From the IMG/VR virus record IMGVR_UViG_3300045988_175774: 46,533 bases of DNA; one strand, written 5' to 3'. This DNA comes from a virus. The translations under genes and the position numbers were made by a program. Of this stretch, positions 36,901 through 46,533 are shown one piece after another. The notes beneath the pieces are model-generated. The model saw nothing but the letters and a program-made list of their open reading frames with translations, was not told the DNA's origin and made no database searches. The stretch's first letter is position 1. Each line of letters opens with the position of its first letter.

Positions 36901-39900
36901 AAAAGAGGAACTAAAAACCTTAGAAGCCCAAAATGCAGCGTTGGCAACACAGCTTGAATTAAGGAAGAATGTGGCAAAAGCTGAGGAGAAGAAAACAGTA
37001 GAAGCCGCAGAACAAGCCGCAAAAAAAGATGCGTATGGTAAAGAACTTAACACGGCATCAGTAGACGCCTCAGTAGATAGGAGCCAATTAGCAGAAGTAT
37101 CTGGAATAAATATTGGAAACGGAAGGAAAGTTCAAGATATACTTCTTGATGATTCTGTTGCTAAGTTTCAACTAGGTGATGAGAAAGCTTATGAGGAATA
37201 TAAAGCTCAAGCAGAATATTCTATTTCCGAAATTAGAAATCTATTAGCGAAAGAGAATACTGGAATTAATTATGACCAGAGAGAAGCTTTAAAGGCTTAT
37301 GTAAGTAATTTAGAGTTCACTCTGTCTTCAGTAAATAAAAAATGGGAAAACTCTTCTGGTGAAGTTTCTAAAAGTTTAACAGATGCATATGATAATGCTT
37401 TAAAACAAATTCCTTTATTAGAAGAAACTGGTTCAAAATATGTTGACTACTATTATAATATTGTTGAACAATATTATAGAAAAACAGATACATTAGGTTT
37501 TGCTACTAAGCAAGCTTTTGGTGAAGCTTTAAGTGAAAACAAAGAAGCTTTTGATAAAATGAAAGCAGAGATAGAAAAAGAAGGCGGAATTGATGTATTA
37601 TTAGCGGATGATGGTAAAAAGCTACGAAATGTTATAGGTAGTAATGCTTTTGAATCTTTAAAAGAATACTCTACTCAAACAGGACTTTCTTTAGAAACTT
37701 TATTAAAGAGCCTTAATGAGATTGATGCTAAATATGATGATATTAAAGATGGGGCATCTATTGCGGCTAATACAGAGAAAAAAGAAATTGAAGAATTAAC
37801 AAAAAAACAAGAACAGTATCAAGAGGAATTAGATAAAAAATCTGTAATTAGTGAAATTTCTACTCAATTAGCTAGCGAAGGTAGCTTAGATAAATTAAGT
37901 AAAAGTAAAGAAGGAAAGGCTACTTTAGAGACTTTTAATCAGATGCTAGAGGAAACCGCAGGCATTTATAATAAAAATGTAAGTGCGGCTCAAGAGTTTG
38001 AAGAAGCTGCTGCTAGAGGCGTTCTTGGACAAATAGAATATTTAGAAGATTTAAGAGAAGCAGATTCTAATTATTATACTGAAGTTATCGAGTTAGAAAA
38101 ACAAAAATTAGAAGCGGAATTAGATTCTAATAAAAAAATATTAGAAGGATATGCACATAGAAAAACTGAATTAACTATGCATATCAATCAGCTAGAGGAT
38201 ATAAGAGAGAAAGAAGGTTCTCTTAGTAAAGAGCAACTAGATGAACTTAGTAATGCTCAAGTTGAATTGGAAGCAGTTACAGAAAAATATAATGAATATC
38301 AAAACGCTGTTTCAGATACAAAGAAAGAAATAGAGGATACTGATTGGGAATTAAAAATTGATTTAGCTGGTGCGGAAGAAATTTTAAGTATCGGTGATTC
38401 TATTTTAAGTGAATCTGATAAGATTAGAGAAGCAGCAATGATGATTGGTGAAGGATATGTTGTTGCGTCTGAGGATGCTAAACAGTTAGCAGAAGTTTTT
38501 CCAGAAATTATGGAAAACGCGGAAGTGTTAGCAGATGGACAGATTCAATTAAATCAAGGTGTAGTTGAAGAAACTTTAACTGGACAGCAGTCTATTCTTC
38601 ATGGAGATGTAACAACCGCTTTATCTAGAATAGATAGTCAGATTAAAATTTTAACTGCACAAAAAGAAGCTGCTGAGGCAGAGTTAGAATTATGGCAATC
38701 TGTATATCAAGGAAAAGTAGATATGGACTCTCAGGCTTTGGAAGCTATGGCGGGAGGACAGAAATCTTTTACTGAGTATTTGGTTGATTTAGGTGTTAAA
38801 GAATCTGACGCAGATAAAGCAGTTAAAGAAGCTATGGCGGGAAACTATGATGAGTTAGCTCGAATAGCAAAAGACGCTTCTATTAATATGGATCAAAACC
38901 TTAGTCAGGGTATTCAAGATGCAGCTAATAATTCAAAGACTAATTTAGGTGCTGTCGTTACTAACTTTATGGCTGTTATGAGAGCTGCTCAAGAAGCGGG
39001 AAAAGCTGCAGCCGCATCTACGGATGGAAAAGTTGCAGGAGACTACATCGACCCAAATAATTTATCTGGAGGAGGTTGGTCACAGAATTTTACCGGAAAA
39101 ACTCTGGATGCTAAGTTTAAAGGTGCTGAAAATAATGTTTCTACAGAAACAAAAGAATTTGCCGCAGATAAAATTAATGAAGCTAAAATAAGGATAAATA
39201 AGTATACAAAAGCGATATCTGAAATGGAGGCTTTAGCGTCAAGACTTCGTGAGAATGAAGCTAATTCTAATTTAGCTCTTGAAAGTGCAAAAGCAGGTGC
39301 TGGTGGTTCGACGCCTTTTGAGAAAGATAAGAGCAGTAAAGGTGGAAAAGGTAGCGGAGGAAAAGGCGGTTCTTCATCAGATGCACAAGCTGACAAAATA
39401 GATTTATTGCAAGATGAATCTGAAGTATACCATGACATAGACCTTGAAATTAAAAATATCACAAAAGATTTAGATGCTTTACAGAAAAAACAAGAAAAAC
39501 TTACAGGTAAAGAATTAACTAAAAATCTTCAAGAGCAGTTAGACTTATTAGAAAAACAAAAGAAAGCTTATGGTGAAAAGATAGAAGTAGCCGAAATTCG
39601 GTCAGGAGCATATAAATCTGCATTAAAACAAGAAGGGGTTACTTTTGATGCAGATGGAAATATAACCAATTATTTTAATATTATGAAAACCAAGCTGGAT
39701 AATGTCAATAAAATGATTACTAAATATAATGGCATGTCCAAGGCAGAGCAAAAGAAATATAAGCAAACGGTTGAAGATGCTAAAAAGGATTATGAGAATT
39801 TTAAAAAGATTCTTAGCAAATATGAAGATTTAAAAGCAGATGAAAAAGAAATAAAAAAACAACAGCAAGAAATAGAAGATAAAGCTACAGAAGTAAGAAT

Positions 39901-42490
39901 TAAGAAGTTTACCTTAAAAGTTGACTTGGCTCTTGATACAGCTCAAGCAGAGAGAGATTTTAATGCTTTTAAAAAGAAAGTTATTGATGGTATAAAAGAT
40001 GATGATTTTTCGGGTCAAGCTAATGCTTTACTATCTAATTTTAGTTCATATGTGAAGCCAGATGGTACAGGAGAGATTCAAGCTTTAACAGATCAGCTTA
40101 ATAAGACTAAGAGCGAAATTGAAATTATGGAAGCTGGCGGAAAATCAACTATTTATGGAGATAATCTTGCTAAAGCTTATGAAGACTTAGAGAAATATGA
40201 AAAAAATGCGGAGACCGCGTTAGAAAACTATGCACAAATATCAAAGGATATTGAAGAAACTTACCTAAGTGCAATAGATAAAGCTCAAGAAAAACTAGAT
40301 GAGCAATCAGAGCAATATGAATTTATATCTGATTTGATTGACCATGATAAAGACGTAATTGGTTTAATCTATGGCGATAAAGCTTATTCTCAATTAGCTA
40401 AATATTATGAGATGCAAAGAAAAAATAATAATGACAATTTGGACTTTGCAAGAAAACAAGTAGAATTCTGGAAACAGAGAATGGATAACGAAGAAGAAGA
40501 TTCTAAAGCTTGGAAAGAATATAAAGCTAATTATGAAAAAGCGGTTACTGATTTAAACTCTAAAGTTAAGAGTTCTATTGAGGAAGTTATTGAAGAATAT
40601 AAAAATACTATAAATAAAATCTTTGAAGATATTAACAAGAGACTAACTAACGGAAGCGGATTAGATCATGTTAAAGATCAATGGGATTTAATTAACAAAA
40701 ACGCAGATATGTATTTGGATAGTATCAATTCTTCTTTTGAAATTCAAAAACTTCAAAATAAGTATTTAGACTCTATTGATAATACGAGTAGTCTATCTGC
40801 TCAAAAGAAACTGAATAACTTGATGAATGAGCAAATTGAAATGCTTAAAGCTAAGGAAAAATTGACTCAATATGATGTAGATCGTGCTAATGCGTTATAT
40901 GAAATAGCTTTAAAAGAAATTGCTTTACAAGATGCTCAAAAAAATAAGTCAAAAATGAGAATGAGACGTGATTCTCAAGGAAATTATAGTTATCAATATG
41001 TTTCTGATGAAGATAGTATAGCTCAAGCACAGCAAGAGTTATTAGAAGCTCAAAATTCTCTTTATAATTTGGATAAAGACAAATATAAGAGTAATTTAGA
41101 TGAAATCTATAGTACTTATTCTGAGTTCCAACAGAAATTATTAGACTTGTATTCAGATACCACAATGGCGGATGAAGAAAGAGAAGAAAAGAAAAAGTTA
41201 TTAGCAGAACAATATGGCGAAATAATAAATAACTTAGTTGAACAAAATGAACAAGTTAAGCAGAATCTTCAGGATACAACTTTCCAAGAGCTAGCTAAAA
41301 AATATAATACCGATGTAGCTAACTTCCAAGGAATGTCAGATGAGGAAAAGAGAATCTTAATGGAGAGCATGATTCCGCAATGGAATTCAGGTGTCCAACA
41401 AATGGCTGATAAATTCGCGGGAGAAGGCGGTTTTATTCCAACTTGTGAAAATGCCTTTAAACAGCTAGATGAAGCTTTACTTACTTATAGAAATAACTTG
41501 AGTGAGACAAGCGAATGTTCAGGGGTAGATTTCAACAAGATTGCTGAAGGATATGATATGAATATCCAAAAAGCTAAAGAGCTTCTTGAGGAAAATGATA
41601 AGTTACTTGAAAAATACAAGGCTCAATTAGAAGCTGTTCAAGATGTACTTCGAGAAGTGAACCTATTAGAAGCAGCTTATAAAGCAGTTGCGGAAGCTGC
41701 TATTTCTGCGGTTACAGAAGCTAATAAATTAAAGCAACAGAAGGATAAGGAAGCAAGAGAAGAAGCAGATAAAGATGCTGCTGGAAATGGTAAAAGTGGA
41801 GATAATAAAAAGAATAACAAAAGTAATAAAGGTGGAGGAAAGAATACAATCGTTGATGTCAAAGCGGATCCTTCTGATACTCCAGCAAGTGCGGCTGACA
41901 TGGACGAAGGCGGTAAGAAATTTAAAGTTGGAGATAAGGTTAAATTATTAAAAGGAAAAAGATATTATTATACGTCTGAAGGAGCTGAACCTTCAGGAAA
42001 TAGAGGAGCTGGACAGAATAAACCTGGTACAATTACTCAGATTGAAAAGGGAGCTAAAAAGCCTATTCATGTTCAGAGTAATGACGGTCCATTCGGATGG
42101 CTTACGAAAGATGATATTAAGAAATTTGATACTGGCGGATATACTGGAGCATGGAATGGGAATGAAGGAAAAGTTGGTATTCTTCATCAAAAAGAGTTAG
42201 TCTTAAATAAAGAAGATACTAAAAATTTCCTATCTGCTATGAATGTCGTTAGAAGTTTAGATAGTGTTTTAGATACGATTAACGCATCTATGATGAATAG
42301 GTTAATTGGATTACTAGCCCAGACTACTACGTCTTTAAGCGGCATTTCCGCTTCCCAAGATTTGACTGTTGACCAAAAAGTTCAAATAGAAGCTTCTTTC
42401 CCTAATGTTCAAAATTCTGGAGAAATTGAGGAAGCATTTAAAAACTTAGTAAATTATGCAAGTCAGCACGCATATGATACTAAACGTTAG
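33959..42490 (+). CDS. tail tape measure protein (2843 aa)
   Basis: Giant coiled-coil-rich ORF with a central hydrophobic segment (..LLSTLPLLINGIQGLQAGLITLAQTAIPALAG..WIGWAAAAVAAIAGVVFII) and Gly/Lys-rich linkers. RBS ggaggtaaaagg. Confidence 0.8.
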   Translation: MAATNRIDFTVGFNTDQSGLSTIKKSLEEIQKMTSSDLMNLNKGMDLSEANSRLTQIKESASQVQKALDKAFNADLGTLNVSKFNNELKNLDINKIYNDFNSAGSAGQTAFKNMTTQVLTTNMQLKQTHSFLENMATTLSNTIKWNIASGAMNALTNNVQQAVNYVEKLDTSLNNIRIVTGKSAEEMRDFAESASQTAQELSASTRDITEGALIYYQQGDTDENALAKAEITQKTANVSQISSEQAAEYLTAVWNGYKVANEAAAEGMDVYEKYVDKLAAVAATTASDLAESSMAISKVASAASSMGVDFDQLNAQIATIISVTRQAPESVGTALKTIYARMGDLAVDGVDEFGVSLGEVSGKMKTMGIDILDENGHLKEMGNVIEEVAGKWSIWTDEQRQAAAVAIAGKRQYNNLIALFDNWDMYTDALDTSKNALGTLEEQQDIYSERTEAHIQRMRTTFEDLYDSLLKPEAINEVVDGITFVVDKIATLVDNIGGGKTVLAELGSLGVRVFSKQIAGGISTTIANFKNVKSNAEQLNAQLEILQQYKGLSALDEDTKELVNMKQEIVDLGSVATTEQQNIANGFIEQINALQNQKKQLEENEEAAKNLYKALTNEELDLDSLRGKGKEAEKTDTYKEVQKQVAETQKQYKSLNKEASNYAGALTLATFNQRQASKDSSKQEEAIKSYEALTTTVKNYNDEVKKVISSSPEVASAYENFNKKLKEYSELTGNAEKSVGELIATYPELSKAFKEVTEASKDYASQAASDAQKVMKTVQDVAAGTGEQVKEKLDESRSAWKSFIDDVRNTAVIQSALDIAGSIGEIGSSIVSLKGIWDVFSDESLSATEKLGQSFTILLSTLPLLINGIQGLQAGLITLAQTAIPALAGSSLTAGEAFLALFSASWIGWAAAAVAAIAGVVFIIDRMTVSAKEAKEALESQFEEYEKAQQEVDELNSKLETTQERLKELYQISPDELTLAQKEELKTLEAQNAALATQLELRKNVAKAEEKKTVEAAEQAAKKDAYGKELNTASVDASVDRSQLAEVSGINIGNGRKVQDILLDDSVAKFQLGDEKAYEEYKAQAEYSISEIRNLLAKENTGINYDQREALKAYVSNLEFTLSSVNKKWENSSGEVSKSLTDAYDNALKQIPLLEETGSKYVDYYYNIVEQYYRKTDTLGFATKQAFGEALSENKEAFDKMKAEIEKEGGIDVLLADDGKKLRNVIGSNAFESLKEYSTQTGLSLETLLKSLNEIDAKYDDIKDGASIAANTEKKEIEELTKKQEQYQEELDKKSVISEISTQLASEGSLDKLSKSKEGKATLETFNQMLEETAGIYNKNVSAAQEFEEAAARGVLGQIEYLEDLREADSNYYTEVIELEKQKLEAELDSNKKILEGYAHRKTELTMHINQLEDIREKEGSLSKEQLDELSNAQVELEAVTEKYNEYQNAVSDTKKEIEDTDWELKIDLAGAEEILSIGDSILSESDKIREAAMMIGEGYVVASEDAKQLAEVFPEIMENAEVLADGQIQLNQGVVEETLTGQQSILHGDVTTALSRIDSQIKILTAQKEAAEAELELWQSVYQGKVDMDSQALEAMAGGQKSFTEYLVDLGVKESDADKAVKEAMAGNYDELARIAKDASINMDQNLSQGIQDAANNSKTNLGAVVTNFMAVMRAAQEAGKAAAASTDGKVAGDYIDPNNLSGGGWSQNFTGKTLDAKFKGAENNVSTETKEFAADKINEAKIRINKYTKAISEMEALASRLRENEANSNLALESAKAGAGGSTPFEKDKSSKGGKGSGGKGGSSSDAQADKIDLLQDESEVYHDIDLEIKNITKDLDALQKKQEKLTGKELTKNLQEQLDLLEKQKKAYGEKIEVAEIRSGAYKSALKQEGVTFDADGNITNYFNIMKTKLDNVNKMITKYNGMSKAEQKKYKQTVEDAKKDYENFKKILSKYEDLKADEKEIKKQQQEIEDKATEVRIKKFTLKVDLALDTAQAERDFNAFKKKVIDGIKDDDFSGQANALLSNFSSYVKPDGTGEIQALTDQLNKTKSEIEIMEAGGKSTIYGDNLAKAYEDLEKYEKNAETALENYAQISKDIEETYLSAIDKAQEKLDEQSEQYEFISDLIDHDKDVIGLIYGDKAYSQLAKYYEMQRKNNNDNLDFARKQVEFWKQRMDNEEEDSKAWKEYKANYEKAVTDLNSKVKSSIEEVIEEYKNTINKIFEDINKRLTNGSGLDHVKDQWDLINKNADMYLDSINSSFEIQKLQNKYLDSIDNTSSLSAQKKLNNLMNEQIEMLKAKEKLTQYDVDRANALYEIALKEIALQDAQKNKSKMRMRRDSQGNYSYQYVSDEDSIAQAQQELLEAQNSLYNLDKDKYKSNLDEIYSTYSEFQQKLLDLYSDTTMADEEREEKKKLLAEQYGEIINNLVEQNEQVKQNLQDTTFQELAKKYNTDVANFQGMSDEEKRILMESMIPQWNSGVQQMADKFAGEGGFIPTCENAFKQLDEALLTYRNNLSETSECSGVDFNKIAEGYDMNIQKAKELLEENDKLLEKYKAQLEAVQDVLREVNLLEAAYKAVAEAAISAVTEANKLKQQKDKEAREEADKDAAGNGKSGDNKKNNKSNKGGGKNTIVDVKADPSDTPASAADMDEGGKKFKVGDKVKLLKGKRYYYTSEGAEPSGNRGAGQNKPGTITQIEKGAKKPIHVQSNDGPFGWLTKDDIKKFDTGGYTGAWNGNEGKVGILHQKELVLNKEDTKNFLSAMNVVRSLDSVLDTINASMMNRLIGLLAQTTTSLSGISASQDLTVDQKVQIEASFPNVQNSGEIEEAFKNLVNYASQHAYDTKR

Positions 42491-42492
42491 AT

Positions 42493-42523
42493 AAGAGAGG
42501 TTTTATACCTCTCTTATTTTTTT
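42493..42523 (+). terminator. rho-independent terminator after the TMP
   Basis: aagagaggt-tttat-acctctctt followed by attttttt. Confidence 0.7.
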
Positions 42524-42593
42524 GGACATTTTTATTTAAAAATCTTTAATAGAAAATCATATTTTATATAAAGAGAGAAAAGGAGTGTATAAG

Positions 42594-45500
42594 TTGAGTA
42601 ATAACATAGAAAGCAATATTTGCAAAGCTATTGATATTATCGTAAAGAAAGCGGTAAATCAAGCTAGTTATGATAAAACAATTCAAGCAACAATTCTTTC
42701 ATGTGTAGATGCTACTATTGGTAAATACAAAGTAAGGTATCAAGATAGCACTTTTTATGCGTACTCAGGGAATTCTGATACCACTTATACAGATGGTTCT
42801 AATGTCTATATACTAATTCCTGGTAATGATATGAAAAAAGATAAGACTATTTTAGGTACAACAAAAAAACTAGGTATTAACTATATAGCTACTTCAGAAG
42901 GAGAAGAGAGTTATGAACCTATTGGAAATAACTGTATTTCTTCATCTACTATTTTTGGATTAAGTTCATATTTAAAAGGCGAACAAGAGAAAATCTTATA
43001 TAGTAGAGATTTTCCAAATAAGAATTTAATAAAAGTAGATAGTGCATCTGCGGAAGAGTATATAAAACAATCTGCAAATTTAGTTTGTAGCATGAAAGTA
43101 AGGACACTACTGCCGCCAGAACAACAGAGCAGAGGTAACTACGGTATTATCTTTGCGTTAGATTTTTTAGATAATGCGACTAATAAAATTATAACGAGAA
43201 ATTATGTTATAGATGTAGATAAAATGACAGGTAATCCTTATAAATTGGTTTACTCAACCAAACAATATGGTATTTTTGATATAGATGGAATAAATTTTAA
43301 ATCTATAAAAGAAATTAAATTATTTTGTTATAATTTCCCGAATAGTAAGGAGAATTATATTGATGATATTTTTATAGAAGATTTGCAATTTTATGGAGTT
43401 GCAAAACTTAGCGAGGAGGATATTAATGGTTGTAGTTTAAGTATCATAACTCCGCAAGGTAATTTTTTCAATAAAAATGCAAATAAAAATGATTATAAAA
43501 AGCTACAAGCACAAGTTAGAGTTAAAGGTAAAGTTATAGATAATAATTCTCAAAAACTTCCTTTCTATTGGTTTGTGGAAGATATTAATATTACATCAAA
43601 AAGTTTAGGTTATCATAAGTATGGCGGTCAGGGTTGGAGATGTCTAAATAAGTATAATATTATTCAAGATGCAAATGAAGAAACTGGTGAAGCCGCGATA
43701 GTAGAATATGTTGCTCTTGATTCTGAATATAAAGTTTATTTTGAAGACGTAATTGCAAAAGAGACTAAATATAAATGCGTTGTTATTTACGATGAGAGTG
43801 CTTTAGAAAAACAGATTGTGATTAAAAATTATAATTCTAATTATCAATTTTCATTAGTATCTGATTTAGGAGAGCAGTTTTATTATGATGTTGGTTATCC
43901 TACTTTAACTTGTTTAATGAATGGAGAACAAATAAAAGATACGAGTAATTATGAATTCTCTTGGATTACTGTTGATAGCATAGGCGGTTTTAGTAATCTT
44001 GAAGAGACGACCGCGGAAAATGAAGAATATAATAACGCAGTTAAGAATAAAAAAGATTTAGAAAAAGCTATTAGTGATGGTACAAAATATTACGAAGTTG
44101 TAAAGGATGAATTAGACAGATATAATGCTGTTATAGAGAAATATAATACAATAACAAGAGTAGAAAAAGATAAGATCATTCATATAGATGTGCGTTCTAT
44201 TACACGAAATAAAACTTATAAATGTGCGGTATATTATATTAGAAATGGAAGTAAAACCTTCCTAGGATCAGCATCAATCACTTTAACTAATTCTTTAAGC
44301 ACAGAAGGTTTATATACTTTAGTTATTAATAATGGTATCCAAACTTTTAAATATAATGAAAATGGAATTAGTCCAGCTTCTAAATCATTAGAGAAACCTA
44401 TTACTTTGCAAGCTTTAACTTTTACTATTTATAATAATTTAGGTCAACCTATTGATGATGAAGTGGCTAAACATTGCAAAATTAAATGGATTGTTCCTTC
44501 TAAAAACACTATGTTAAAGATTTCATCTGATTATAATAATGTCAAAGATGAAGATTTAATCAATAATACAACAACATATAATAATATTACAACATTAACA
44601 TATGGTATTGAAGATAAGTATTCTGTTAATAAGGTTAGAAATAATATTCAATTAGCAGTAGAATATAAAGAGATGAATCTAATTGCGGAGACTAACTTTA
44701 CTTTTGTTAAAGAAGGAGAGTCTGGAACAAATGGAACTGATATTGTATGTAAGATAGTTCCAAACGTTAAAGATGGAGAACCTATTCCAGTATATCCAAT
44801 CCTTACTAAAAGCGATGCTACCTATAGTTTTAATTTTAACAAGAAAGATAATGCGTCTAATTTTAAAATTGAAATATGGAAAGATGGAGAAATAGTTTTT
44901 AGCGGAAGCACTACATCAGGTGATACGACAGTAGTTTGGAGCGTATTAAAAAATAAATATGGACTTGATTATGGGAATTCTAGCGGTACAGATTATTCTT
45001 TCATACAAATTAATCCGCAGAATGGAAATGTTTCATTAATTTCTACAAATGGGAAGCCTTTACCTTGGGATGATCACTCTGGAGTTGCTAATATTATAAA
45101 AGCTACAGTAAAATACGATGGAATAACTTATTATGCTACTATGCCAATTATAGTTGCGGAAATTTATGATGACAACTATAAAGTTAATTTAAAAGATTAT
45201 ACTGGTTTTAGGTATGTTATTTATAATGCGGATGGAAGGAAACCTAAATATGACAATGCTACTCCTTTTACTTTAGAAGTTAAGAAACGTATGCAAGAAG
45301 CTAATGGTTATGTGGATATTAGTACCAATTCAAAAACTAATTATAATTGGAAAAGAAAAGGAAGCATTTTAGAATATCACCAGAGTTCTGGAATTAATGA
45401 TTTAACTTGTTGGGAAGAAAAATCTTCTTTACATTTAATAGATATTAGTCCAACAAACATTCCAATAAATCAGCATAGCTATAAGCCTGTTGATGATTAC

Positions 45501-46533
45501 GATGGACAGTGCGTAAATAGTGGCATAGTATGTACAATAAAAGATGAAACTATTATTAATAACAATGACCTTATTGCAAATATTTATATACCAGTTCATT
45601 TATACTTAAATAGATTTAATAATGCGGCTATAAATGATTGGGATGGTAATAGTGTTAATGTAAATAGTGACGGCGGATTTATTCTATCTCCGCAAGTTGG
45701 AGCAGGAGTAAAAGATAATAATAATGCCTTTACAGGTATTGTTATGGGAAAGGTACAAGAAGCTAATCAAAACAATGTTGAGGTAGGATTATTCGGATAT
45801 AATAAAGGTCAAAGAAATATATTTTTAGACGCGGAAACGGGTAAAGCTATTTTTGGTGTTAATAATGGCGGACAAATTATTTTAAATCCATCTGAGGGAA
45901 AAGCTGAGATAAAATCTGGAAATTATAATGATTCAGGAGAACAAAAAGGCGGTATGTTAATTGATTTAACTACGCCAAAAATCAACTTTGGTACAGGTAA
46001 TTTCAGTGTTAATAGCAGTGGTTATTTAACAGCAAAAGGTGGAGGAAGTATTGCTGGATGGAAAATCGGTAATACAGCATTAACTTCTGACAATAATAAA
46101 GTTTCTTTTAACTCCTTAAGCGAAAAGGCTGATGGTACATCTATAGTAATAAAAGCTGGCGATTATTTTACTGTAGATTTTAACGGTAAGATAAAAGCTG
46201 CTAAAGGAATACTTGGTAGCGGTACTTCTCCTATTACGATAGGAAAGGGAGAAGGTACAAGTGAAGGAAAAAGTGCTTTATATAGTAAAAAAACATCAAA
46301 AGATAGTAGTAGTGATGGTTTTTATCTAGGAACGGATGGATTAGCTCTTGGTAATCGACATGATACATGGGTAAAAGGTGAGGCAAAAACAGTTAGTAGT
46401 TTTCAAGTTGACACAAACGGCACTGTTTACATGAAGGAAGGATATATTGGAGGTAGTGACCAAGGAAATCCTCCTCTGAGGATAACTGAAAGTAGTATTA
46501 GATATAAAAAGACATCTTATAATGAAAAAAAGA
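42594..46533 (+). CDS. large distal tail, fibre or receptor-binding protein (>1313 aa, TTG start, 3'-partial at the window edge)
   Basis: RBS aaggag lies 8 nt before TTG at 42594. I read the frame by hand and found no in-frame stop through 46533. It is absent from the ORF track because no stop lies in the window. Confidence 0.6.
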   Translation, partial: MSNNIESNICKAIDIIVKKAVNQASYDKTIQATILSCVDATIGKYKVRYQDSTFYAYSGNSDTTYTDGSNVYILIPGNDMKKDKTILGTTKKLGINYIATSEGEESYEPIGNNCISSSTIFGLSSYLKGEQEKILYSRDFPNKNLIKVDSASAEEYIKQSANLVCSMKVRTLLPPEQQSRGNYGIIFALDFLDNATNKIITRNYVIDVDKMTGNPYKLVYSTKQYGIFDIDGINFKSIKEIKLFCYNFPNSKENYIDDIFIEDLQFYGVAKLSEEDINGCSLSIITPQGNFFNKNANKNDYKKLQAQVRVKGKVIDNNSQKLPFYWFVEDINITSKSLGYHKYGGQGWRCLNKYNIIQDANEETGEAAIVEYVALDSEYKVYFEDVIAKETKYKCVVIYDESALEKQIVIKNYNSNYQFSLVSDLGEQFYYDVGYPTLTCLMNGEQIKDTSNYEFSWITVDSIGGFSNLEETTAENEEYNNAVKNKKDLEKAISDGTKYYEVVKDELDRYNAVIEKYNTITRVEKDKIIHIDVRSITRNKTYKCAVYYIRNGSKTFLGSASITLTNSLSTEGLYTLVINNGIQTFKYNENGISPASKSLEKPITLQALTFTIYNNLGQPIDDEVAKHCKIKWIVPSKNTMLKISSDYNNVKDEDLINNTTTYNNITTLTYGIEDKYSVNKVRNNIQLAVEYKEMNLIAETNFTFVKEGESGTNGTDIVCKIVPNVKDGEPIPVYPILTKSDATYSFNFNKKDNASNFKIEIWKDGEIVFSGSTTSGDTTVVWSVLKNKYGLDYGNSSGTDYSFIQINPQNGNVSLISTNGKPLPWDDHSGVANIIKATVKYDGITYYATMPIIVAEIYDDNYKVNLKDYTGFRYVIYNADGRKPKYDNATPFTLEVKKRMQEANGYVDISTNSKTNYNWKRKGSILEYHQSSGINDLTCWEEKSSLHLIDISPTNIPINQHSYKPVDDYDGQCVNSGIVCTIKDETIINNNDLIANIYIPVHLYLNRFNNAAINDWDGNSVNVNSDGGFILSPQVGAGVKDNNNAFTGIVMGKVQEANQNNVEVGLFGYNKGQRNIFLDAETGKAIFGVNNGGQIILNPSEGKAEIKSGNYNDSGEQKGGMLIDLTTPKINFGTGNFSVNSSGYLTAKGGGSIAGWKIGNTALTSDNNKVSFNSLSEKADGTSIVIKAGDYFTVDFNGKIKAAKGILGSGTSPITIGKGEGTSEGKSALYSKKTSKDSSSDGFYLGTDGLALGNRHDTWVKGEAKTVSSFQVDTNGTVYMKEGYIGGSDQGNPPLRITESSIRYKKTSYNEKK

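Noticed and set aside
36868-42190. Five minus-strand ORFs of 61-139 aa inside the TMP gene (36868-37053, 39043-39462, 40887-41165, 41677-41901, 41993-42190)
   Set aside because: They are antisense to a long, well-supported coding frame. Their products are low-complexity (poly-S/A/L/F) and have no RBS. They are typical shadow ORFs.

Overview
The window is AT-rich (roughly 28-30% GC by eye) and reads as one contiguous segment of a tailed dsDNA phage or prophage, siphovirus-like, from a low-GC host; the host is not identified. It has two oppositely oriented arms. The left arm (1-17.8 kb) is almost all minus-strand and looks like an early or host-takeover region. It holds about 25 small genes. 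Each is preceded by its own near-consensus sigmaA-type promoter (TTGACA-N17-TATAAT, often with an extended TGn) and a strong RBS, and hairpins separate the genes. Products I can name from motifs are a classical AAA ATPase, two tandem SprT/Wss1-like zinc-metalloprotease paralogs, a DnaQ-like DEDDh exonuclease, a HAD-type 5'-nucleotidase, a bacterial-type PARG (DUF2263) macrodomain and a SLOG (DUF2493)-like protein. Several paralog pairs carry duplicated promoter/leader cassettes. A small plus-strand island (3102-4484) sits inside this arm. Large non-coding promoter islands punctuate the arm and contain three unusual face-to-face promoter/GC-hairpin/promoter elements. A purine-only (C-free) region of about 0.7 kb is also present. 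The right arm (17.9-46.5 kb, plus strand) is a classical packaging-head-tail module. In order it holds two zinc-ribbon proteins, the large terminase, a DUF559/Vsr-like nuclease insert, portal, scaffold-like protein, major capsid, head-tail genes, major tail protein, chaperone, a 2843-aa tape measure protein and a tail protein of more than 1300 aa with a TTG start that runs off the window end and is absent from the ORF track. No integrase, tRNA or CRISPR array was seen.
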